Assembly (NCBI GenBank): GCA_018648225.1
Contig: JABGRQ010000075.1
Coordinates: 166-64,165 of the forward strand
DNA length: 64,000 nucleotides
DNA from: Chloroflexota bacterium
GTDB lineage: Bacteria; Chloroflexota; Anaerolineae; Anaerolineales; UBA11858
Reading direction: 5' to 3'
Position 1 is the first letter of the stretch. The number at the start of each line of letters is the position of its first letter. This document shows, piece after piece, positions 57,271 through 64,000 of the stretch. The position numbers and the translations under genes are program-made. The notes under the pieces are model-generated. The model made no database searches. It worked only from the letters and a program-made list of their open reading frames with translations, and had not been told where the DNA came from.

Positions 57271-57346
57271 GTTGAAAGTTAAAGGTTAAAGGTTGAAGGT
57301 TGAAGGTGTTGCACTAATTTTCAACTTTTAACCTTCAACCGTTCAA
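57271..57346. repeat. heptamer array (AGGTTRA x5) with inverted partial copies forming a hairpin in the operon spacer
   Basis: aagttaa aggttaa aggttga aggttga aggtgtt, followed by ttcaact tttaacc ttcaacc on the other arm. Confidence 0.7.
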
Positions 57347-57350
57347 TCGT

Positions 57351-58484
57351 TTAACCGAGTTTTTTCTTAAAGAAGAGCGCCGCCACACCCGTAAAGGCGA
57401 AACCCAACCCAACCAGCATCACAGCATACGGCCAGAGTATTTTAAGACCTACGCCGGGAAGGAAAATTCCGCGCGTAATGACGGCATAATGGGTGCCGGG
57501 CAGTCCGAGAGCCTCCATGCGCATCATCTCGGGCATTGATGCGATGGGGAAGAAAATCCCGGTCAGGAAGAAGCCGGGGAAGAAGATCACCAAAAACGAG
57601 AGTGCCAGCGCCGCGGCCTGGGTGGGCATAAACACGCCCACGATAATGCCCATGCTTAAAATGGCAAACAGGAAAAGCGCCGAGAGTACAAAAAAAAGCG
57701 CGAAACTACCATTGAAAGGAATCTTGAACCAAAGCACTGCCAGAATTGGAATCACGATCACATTCACCAGCCCGACGACGATATAGGGCAGCATTTTGCC
57801 GACAAGCAATTCCGAGCGCTTGATCGGCGTCGCCATCAATTGCTCCAGGGTGCCATGCTCGCGCTCGTGGGCCAGCGTCAACGCTACCGAGAGCGCGGGC
57901 ATCCCCAGGACCATTGAGATCAACCCGGGGATCAGATCGTTGCGCGGCTTCAGGCTGGGGTTGAACCAGGTGCGGATGCGTAAATCAATCGGTTGCAAAG
58001 ATTCAATCGAAAACCCCAGTGCCTGAATCTGATCGGCGATGGCAGTGTTGATAAATTCCTCGGCGCGCCAGGCAATATGATCGACGGCAAACGCACCGCT
58101 CTCTGGCTCAGTGCCATCGATGATAATTTGCAGCGGCAGACCGCGCAGCGAGAGCAAATCGCTGGCAAATGCGGGGGAAAGTATCAACGCGGCCTTAATA
58201 TCGCCGTGCATCAGTAAGCCCTCAATTTCATCGAGGGTATTAACCTGGGCATATAACTGCAAATCTTCTCCGGCGGTGATTTGCTGCACAAAACTGCGCG
58301 AAAGGGAAGAACGATCCAAATCCAGCACCGCAATGGGCACATTCTGAATATCCACCGTTAGGGCGTAGGCCATCAGCAGCAACAGCACCGTTGGTGTAAT
58401 TAGCACCAAAATCAACGTGCTGCGATCGCGCAGGATATGGTGAAATTCTTTCCGGGTGACGGCCCAAATTTGTCGCAGGTTCAT
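57351..58484 (-). CDS. ABC-2 type transporter permease (YbhS/YbhR-like)
   Basis: Paralogue of the 56139-57263 gene, with the same topology. Confidence 0.85.
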   Translation of the reverse strand: MNLRQIWAVTRKEFHHILRDRSTLILVLITPTVLLLLMAYALTVDIQNVPIAVLDLDRSSLSRSFVQQITAGEDLQLYAQVNTLDEIEGLLMHGDIKAALILSPAFASDLLSLRGLPLQIIIDGTEPESGAFAVDHIAWRAEEFINTAIADQIQALGFSIESLQPIDLRIRTWFNPSLKPRNDLIPGLISMVLGMPALSVALTLAHEREHGTLEQLMATPIKRSELLVGKMLPYIVVGLVNVIVIPILAVLWFKIPFNGSFALFFVLSALFLFAILSMGIIVGVFMPTQAAALALSFLVIFFPGFFLTGIFFPIASMPEMMRMEALGLPGTHYAVITRGIFLPGVGLKILWPYAVMLVGLGFAFTGVAALFFKKKLG

Positions 58485-58493
58485 GGTTTATGT

Positions 58494-59423
58494 CTATCGG
58501 TGTTCCATCTGGCGGATCAATGAAATAAAGGCTTCTTCCATGCGGATGGGGGCGATGCGGGCGGTTTTATAAGCGAGCTGTTGATTGGCGAAGGCCTCCT
58601 GAATCTCGATTAATCGTTGAGGGCCGTCATCGACGAGCAGGTGCAGCGCCTCGCCGTAGGTTTGGGCCTCGATGACTCCCTCGAGGGTGAGTGCCAGACG
58701 ATGGGCCTGGTGCCAGTCTTCGGGGAATATCTCGATTAAATCGCTCTGCAATTGCCCACGGATATTGGCTGGAGTATCACAGATCACAAGCTGCCCCTCA
58801 TACATGAGTCCCACCCGCGAGCAACGGTCGGCTTCATCCATATAGGGGGTGCTGACAATAATCGTCGTCCTGTTGAGATGTAACTCAGTGAGAATGTTCC
58901 AGAACTCGCGCCGCGAGACAGGGTCCACCCCGGTGGTGGGTTCATCCAGTAGCAAGATGGGTGGCTCATGGATCAGCGTGCAGGCCAGCGCCAGCTTTTT
59001 CTGCATCCCCCCAGAGAGATGCGCGGCGCGGCGGTCCTTGAACTCCGTCAGCCCGGCGAAAGCCAGCAAGCGCTCGGCGCGTTCTTTTTGCGCCGCGGGG
59101 CTGACATCGTAAATCTCGGCGAAAAATAGCAGGTTTTCAAGCACGCTCAATTTGCCATACAAGCTGAAGGCCTGCGCCATATATCCGATGCGTTGCTTAA
59201 TCGCTTCGGGCTGCGCGGCCAGATCAAACCCGGCGATTGTGCCTGACCCCTCACTGACGTATAATAGCCCCGCCAGCAAGCGCAGGGTGGTGGTTTTACC
59301 CGCGCCATCTGGCCCAACCAGGCCAAAAAGCTCGCCGGGCTGGATGGATAAATCCAGACTGTCTACGGCGCGGTTTTCCTTGAATTTGCGCGTCAGGGTA
59401 TGGGTTTTGATAATGGGGAGCAT
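58494..59423 (-). CDS. ABC transporter ATP-binding protein
   Basis: Walker A GPDGAGKTT, signature LSGGMQKKL and Walker B LLLDEPT. Confidence 0.9.
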   Translation of the reverse strand: MLPIIKTHTLTRKFKENRAVDSLDLSIQPGELFGLVGPDGAGKTTTLRLLAGLLYVSEGSGTIAGFDLAAQPEAIKQRIGYMAQAFSLYGKLSVLENLLFFAEIYDVSPAAQKERAERLLAFAGLTEFKDRRAAHLSGGMQKKLALACTLIHEPPILLLDEPTTGVDPVSRREFWNILTELHLNRTTIIVSTPYMDEADRCSRVGLMYEGQLVICDTPANIRGQLQSDLIEIFPEDWHQAHRLALTLEGVIEAQTYGEALHLLVDDGPQRLIEIQEAFANQQLAYKTARIAPIRMEEAFISLIRQMEHR

Positions 59424-59471
59424 GGGAATCAGGTGATTCGGGATTGAGTGATTGACTGACTTATACTTGCG

Positions 59472-59744
59472 CTATTGTTTCTTCGCCACGCGGATCAGCC
59501 ACAAAACTGCCAGCGCACCCAATGCTGGTTCGGTAGCCAAGCCAATGTTGCGCATCATTGGGCTGAAACCCATCGCCGGGATCACATACCAATCCATCAG
59601 GCCGATGGCAATCGCGGCGATAACCGCAACGACAAAATCGCCCTGCACCCCAAAGGGACGGTTGTCTTTCCAGATCAGGCCTGCTACCCAACCCACAGTT
59701 AGACCCACAACGATCATCGCAAGAACAAGATAAAAAATAGTCAT
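59472..59744 (-). CDS. GlsB/YeaQ/YmgE family (transglycosylase-associated) small membrane protein
   Basis: 90-aa, three-TM protein with the family-typical G..GW.AG and G.....A..GA pattern. SD GGAGG. Confidence 0.75.
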   Translation of the reverse strand: MTIFYLVLAMIVVGLTVGWVAGLIWKDNRPFGVQGDFVVAVIAAIAIGLMDWYVIPAMGFSPMMRNIGLATEPALGALAVLWLIRVAKKQ

Positions 59745-60048
59745 TTGTGCCTCCGCGAGTAAATTATGTGAAAAATAACCGACTGGATAGTCAGTTATTA
59801 TCTTAGCGGAAATTCAACCTTTGTCAAGTAGGTAAGAAAAATTGGCGGTAAAATATGGTCTTGCAAGCTGAATATAACTGCTGTCATTCTGAACGGAGCC
59901 TTTCATCAAACTCAGGGCAAACTCCTTGGAGTGAAGAATCCCCAAAGCCTGATGGGAAAAAGACGCTGCACAGGTAACCGATTTAGCCGTTCTGCTGGGA
60001 TTCCTCGCTTTGCTCGGAATGACAGACAAAAAATGTAAAGGAGCTATT

Positions 60049-60465
60049 TTGTCACGAGTTATTAACCCAAATTTACCCGGAACCGAGCGCAACCGCCTCA
60101 AGCGCGGCCTGGCGCTGGCGTTGCGTGAAATGATGAAAGAACCCGAACCGAACAGCCGCACCCGCGATCTGGCGGCCTTCATGGTGTTGTCGCTTGAAGC
60201 CATTGATGCCACCGTGGAAACCACTGTCGTTGCCTGGGAGAAGCGCGATTACTGGGTCAAGGCCGACCGCTTTCGTCTGGATTGGGCCTGGGCAACAAAA
60301 CTGGGCAGGGAAATGCGCCCGGCGGTTCTGGCAGAAGATTGGAGCCAAATTGTACCCCTGGCAATTCAAGTAGGGCAGAAACTGGGGGATGTCAAAGTTT
60401 CGGAGCGGCACCGTATGGGGACTCCCTGGGTGGGGTCCTGGAAGCAGTTGAAGTTGACGTCATAG
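60049..60465 (+). CDS. hypothetical protein
   Basis: TTG 60049 lies 5 nt after AAAGGAG; the track ORF starts at TTG 60010, inside an inverted repeat. Trp-rich, with no recognisable motif. Confidence 0.5.
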   Translation: MSRVINPNLPGTERNRLKRGLALALREMMKEPEPNSRTRDLAAFMVLSLEAIDATVETTVVAWEKRDYWVKADRFRLDWAWATKLGREMRPAVLAEDWSQIVPLAIQVGQKLGDVKVSERHRMGTPWVGSWKQLKLTS

Positions 60466-60499
60466 AAAAAAGACCGGAGCGATCACTCCGGTCTTTTTT
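60466..60499. terminator. bidirectional terminator
   Basis: 14-bp stem aaaaaagaccggag / ctccggtctttttt with a 6-nt loop. The right arm encodes the last codons and stop of hyuB. Confidence 0.7.
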
Positions 60500-62126
60500 C
60501 TTCTTGGAAACCGTATCCACCGCCGCCGGGAGTGCGGATGCTGAGAATATCATTGGGATTCAGATCAATGCTGCCTTTGCCAGGGAGGGGGATTTCTTGT
60601 CCATCGCGGATCAGGATGTTCTCACCGCGACCTCCGGGTTGGCCGCCGTTTAGCCCGTAGGGATGCTGCACCCGACGTTCGGTCAGCAGGGTCACTTGCA
60701 CTTCCGTGAGAACCTGCACATCCCGACGGATGCCATCACCGCCGCGGAACTGGCCTGTGCCCCCCGAACCGAGCCGCACCTCGTAGCGCAGCACGCGCAG
60801 CGGATAGGCATATTCCATCGCCTCGGCTGGGGTGTTGAGGGTGTTGGTCATATGCGAATGCACCGCCGATGGCCCATCCCGATCGGGCGATGCACCCATA
60901 CCACCTCCGATGGTTTCGTAGTAGGCGAAGTTTTGCCTCTCCCCCGATTTCGAGGGGGATTGAGGGGGGGCACTTCCCCCAATCGTGACATTATTCATCG
61001 TGCCTTGCGATGCGGCGGGAACTTTGTGCGGCGCAGCTTGTGCCAGCGCGCCCAATAGCACATCTACGATGCGCTGGGAGGTTTCGACATTGCCGCCTGC
61101 TACCGGAGATGGATGCAGGGCGTTGACCACGCTGCCCTCAGGGGCAATCAGTTCGATGGGGGCCAGACAACCGGCGTTGTTGGGTACATCCAGGCCGATC
61201 AGGCAGCGGAAGACATAATACACCGCCGAGAGTGTGATGGCATATACGGCATTGATGCTGCCTTTCTGTTGCGGCGCGGAGCCGGTGAAATCAACTTGCG
61301 CCTGGTCTCTTTGTATTCGTATAGCCACAGTGATGGGTACTGATTCCGTGCTGATGCCGTCGTTGTCGAGTACATCTTGAAAGGAATATTCTCCATCAGG
61401 AAGTTCTTCAATCAGCCGCCGGGTCATGCGCTCGGTGTAGGCTAATAGGGCATCCATGTAGAACTGGACTTCTGTGAGGCCGTGTTCGTTGACCAATTCG
61501 CTCAGGCGCGTTGCGCCGCGCTGATTGGCGCCGATCTGCGCTTGCAGGTCGCCAGCGCGTTCCTCGGGAGTGCGCACATTAGCCAGGATCAAATCCCAGA
61601 TGGCGGAATCCACTTCACCGGCACGCACCAGCCTGACCGGTGGAATGATCAACCCTTCCTGATAGATTTCGCGCGCAATTGGCATGGACCCCGGCGTCAT
61701 ACCTCCCACATCAGCATGATGGGCGCGCGAGGCGACGAAGCCAAACAGCTCACCCTCGCACCGCGTTCTTCTCCCATTGGGAGAGGGGTTGGGGTGAGGG
61801 ATAAATACTGGCGTTACCAGCGTAATATCGGGCAGATGCGTCCCGCCGCGGAAGGGATCGTTGAGGGCGATCACATCGCCGGGCTGCATGTTGGGGAAAT
61901 TGCGGATGGCGGCTGCTACTGAGAGCGGCATCGAGCCGAGATGCACGGGGATGTGGGCCGCCTGGGCAATCATACGTCCTTGAGCATCGAAAAACGCGCA
62001 GGAGTAGTCTCGCCGCTCCTTGATATTGGGTGAGAAACTGGCCTTGCGCAGAACAGCGCCCATCTCTTCGGCGATGGCACTGAAACGGTGCTTGAAGACC
62101 TCCAGGCGGATGGGGTCGTAGTTCAT
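60483..62126 (-). CDS. hyuB: hydantoinase B / oxoprolinase family protein
   Basis: MNYDPIRLEVFKHRFSAIAEEMG..SPNIKERRDYSCAFFD..HIPVHLGSM..NDPFRGGTHLPD..RAHHADVGG..YYETIGGGMGA..TPGGGGYG. Confidence 0.9.
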   Translation of the reverse strand: MNYDPIRLEVFKHRFSAIAEEMGAVLRKASFSPNIKERRDYSCAFFDAQGRMIAQAAHIPVHLGSMPLSVAAAIRNFPNMQPGDVIALNDPFRGGTHLPDITLVTPVFIPHPNPSPNGRRTRCEGELFGFVASRAHHADVGGMTPGSMPIAREIYQEGLIIPPVRLVRAGEVDSAIWDLILANVRTPEERAGDLQAQIGANQRGATRLSELVNEHGLTEVQFYMDALLAYTERMTRRLIEELPDGEYSFQDVLDNDGISTESVPITVAIRIQRDQAQVDFTGSAPQQKGSINAVYAITLSAVYYVFRCLIGLDVPNNAGCLAPIELIAPEGSVVNALHPSPVAGGNVETSQRIVDVLLGALAQAAPHKVPAASQGTMNNVTIGGSAPPQSPSKSGERQNFAYYETIGGGMGASPDRDGPSAVHSHMTNTLNTPAEAMEYAYPLRVLRYEVRLGSGGTGQFRGGDGIRRDVQVLTEVQVTLLTERRVQHPYGLNGGQPGGRGENILIRDGQEIPLPGKGSIDLNPNDILSIRTPGGGGYGFQEEKRPE

Positions 62127-62135
62127 GCGTTGGGT

Positions 62136-64000
62136 TTAGTTTTCCGTGGTTTCATCTTCAGGCTCGCGCGTGAGAATGGCGCGTACTTCGCCAATACATT
62201 TGTTACCAGCGAATACGGTGAGTTTGTCGTTGGCTTGTAGCCGGGTATTGCCATGCGCAACACGGAAAGTGTTGGCTCTGCGAATTGAGACAATCAAACA
62301 TTCATCGGGTAATTGAATCGCAATGAGAGTTGTTCCAATTACAGCCGCGCTGGCGGGGATGTCTATGTGGAAAAAGCCTGCTTCATCCAATTTGCGCAAG
62401 CGCAGGGTTTCAATGCGATGCTGGTGATGGGCGCGTTTAAGGATGGCATGATTATAGGCTCGGATCACATCCCGACGGCGGATCGCCCCGACCAGTTTTT
62501 TGCTGTCTTCGCTTTCAACTACTGGGAGCCGCCCAACATCTCTGCGCGCCAGACGGCGCAGCGCTTCGCCCATGTCTTCGTGAGGATAGGCGATAAGCAG
62601 GCCAGTAGTGGTGGCGATATCTGCGACGGTTTTATCTTCGATCGATTTGGATAGAATGACACGTTTCAGGTCTTGCAAGCTGACAACACCGACTAAATCC
62701 CCGGTGGAGTTGACCACAGGAAAACCATGATGATGGGTTTGGGCAAATGCTTCAGCTAATTCATTCAGGGGCATATCAATCGGCACGGTATCCACATCGG
62801 TGGTCATAATCTCGGCAACGGTTACAGATTGCATCAGGTCGATATCTTTGCCGTGTTCGAGATGCACCCCACGGCGGGTTAGCTTAAGTGTGTAAATCGA
62901 TTCGCGGCTGATAATCCGAGAGACAAAGGTACTCACTACAGTTGCCAGCATCAGAGGCAAGATGATGTGATAGTCGCCGGTGAGTTCAAAAAGGATGATG
63001 ATGGCTGTGATGGGGGCATGCGCCGCGCCGGTGAAGAAGGCCGACATGCCGACCAACGCGTAGGCTCCGACGGGGGCAGTGACACTTGGGAATAAATAAT
63101 TGACGACATGACCAAATGCAGCGCCCATCATAGCGCCCATAAACAAAGATGGGGCAAATACTCCTCCAGAGCCGCCAGAGCCCAGCGTGGTGATGGTGGC
63201 AAGCAATTTGATGAGTAATAATGCCAACGTTACTTGAAGGGTTAAATTACCAAAAAGCGCTTCTGTGATGCTGTCGTAGCCAACCCCGAAAACGCGGGGA
63301 AAACCATCAATTTTGTAGGTTAAAATCCCGATAACGCCGAGAGCGATACCCCCCAGGATAGGTTTCAGATATTCGGGGAAATGAAATTTATCCCATATAT
63401 CTTCCGAGAGATACAGCAAGCGTGCAAATCCAAAAGAAAGCACCGCCGCGATTGCACCCAAAATGATATAAAAAATAAGTTCTACAGGATGTACCAACGC
63501 ATATTCTGGTATGGCAAAGGCGCGCAGATTGGGTTCAAAAAAATGTGCAACCACATCGGCTGTAACCGCCGAAATGACGACCGCGCCGAAATAGGTAGCG
63601 TGAAATTGACCCAGGATAACTTCCAGCGCGAAAATGGCGCCAGCGATTGGAGCATTAAACGTAGCTGCGATTCCTCCCGCTGCACCGCAAGCTACCAGGC
63701 TGCGCACGCGCTCATCCGAGAGTTTTAGCCACTGGCCAATGGTTGAGCCTAAGGCGGAGCCAATTTGCACAATCGGTCCCTCGCGCCCCACCGAGCCGCC
63801 TGTGCCAATGCAAACCGCCGATGCCAATGATTTGACGATAGCGACGCGCGGGCGAATGCGCCCCCCTTTGAGCGCAACGGCTTCCATCACTTCGGGAACG
63901 CCGTGTCCTTTGGCTTCGCGGGCAAAGAAATACACCAGTGGGCCTACGATGGCACCGCCCAACGCCGGGATAATCAGCAGGTGAAATGGTTTGATCCCAT
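62136..64000 (-). CDS. ClC-family chloride channel/antiporter with C-terminal CBS pair and TrkA-C (RCK_C) domain, 5' end outside window
   Basis: GREGPIVQIG and GGVFAPSLFMG selectivity motifs, two CBS repeats and an RCK_C-like tail. The reading frame stays open to the window edge. Confidence 0.9.
   Translation of the reverse strand, partial: GIKPFHLLIIPALGGAIVGPLVYFFAREAKGHGVPEVMEAVALKGGRIRPRVAIVKSLASAVCIGTGGSVGREGPIVQIGSALGSTIGQWLKLSDERVRSLVACGAAGGIAATFNAPIAGAIFALEVILGQFHATYFGAVVISAVTADVVAHFFEPNLRAFAIPEYALVHPVELIFYIILGAIAAVLSFGFARLLYLSEDIWDKFHFPEYLKPILGGIALGVIGILTYKIDGFPRVFGVGYDSITEALFGNLTLQVTLALLLIKLLATITTLGSGGSGGVFAPSLFMGAMMGAAFGHVVNYLFPSVTAPVGAYALVGMSAFFTGAAHAPITAIIILFELTGDYHIILPLMLATVVSTFVSRIISRESIYTLKLTRRGVHLEHGKDIDLMQSVTVAEIMTTDVDTVPIDMPLNELAEAFAQTHHHGFPVVNSTGDLVGVVSLQDLKRVILSKSIEDKTVADIATTTGLLIAYPHEDMGEALRRLARRDVGRLPVVESEDSKKLVGAIRRRDVIRAYNHAILKRAHHQHRIETLRLRKLDEAGFFHIDIPASAAVIGTTLIAIQLPDECLIVSIRRANTFRVAHGNTRLQANDKLTVFAGNKCIGEVRAILTREPEDETTEN

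Noticed and set aside
59905-59985. Sequence blocks reminiscent of a c-di-GMP-I (GEMM) riboswitch: cagGGCAAACtc, ccCAAAGCC and aGGTAACCGAt.
   Set aside because: The hairpin following GGCAAAC is only 4-5 bp with a CUUG or 2-nt loop instead of a GNRA-capped P1. The ACGCAAAGC junction is not intact and the spacing does not fit my memory of the consensus. I left it as an unclassified structured leader; an Infernal scan with RF01051 would settle it.

Overview
This is a dense, two-stranded chromosomal window with about 56 protein-coding genes. I found no rRNA, tRNA, CRISPR array, transposase or integrase by eye. The gene content fits a Chloroflexota/Anaerolineae-like bacterium best: an EF-G2-type paralogue, an ADP-forming acetyl-CoA synthetase, two Hanks-type Ser/Thr kinases, Pro/Thr-rich linkers on secreted proteins, and very long perfect terminator hairpins. 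That assignment is inference only.

Recognisable blocks, in order:
- GNAT / V4R / lipase / CPBP / DsbA.
- PduO-type adenosyltransferase plus a DUF554 protein.
- An EF-G paralogue.
- TetR, lgt and a sulfatase-like gene.
- pdhABC, with no E3 gene.
- Two tandem NBR1-Ig-like lipoproteins.
- A CheY-like regulator plus an unknown partner.
- uppP and tgt.
- lat plus a second class-III aminotransferase.
- A GAF-PAS histidine kinase and a CpXC protein.
- ychF, mscL and an FHA-wHTH regulator, divergent from a Ser/Thr kinase.
- A GH3 / CoA-transferase-beta / GDPD / AAA+ string, divergent from a GT2.
- recJ and a ROK kinase.
- yvcK, a C-N hydrolase and rtcA.
- ADP-forming acetyl-CoA synthetase plus a stand-alone Pta N-terminal-like protein.
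- A UbiB-like kinase.
- A five-gene HlyD/ABC-2 exporter.
- hyuB and a ClC channel truncated by the window end.

The window looks like core genome rather than an accessory island. I did not find a convincing multi-gene novel system such as a defence island. The most unusual signals are non-genic:
1. A dispersed ~112-bp palindromic element with two clear inverted copies 40 kb apart and a possible third degenerate copy.
2. Two palindromic segments that appear to be inserted in frame inside hyuB. One closely resembles the intergenic hairpin downstream of pdhC.
3. Heptanucleotide tandem repeats, one set inside the pdhC coding sequence and one in an ABC-operon spacer.
4. An orphan promoter-terminator unit upstream of pdhA.
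5. A nested inverted-repeat leader upstream of an unknown gene.

Coordinates of small hairpins were read by eye and may be off by 1-2 nt.
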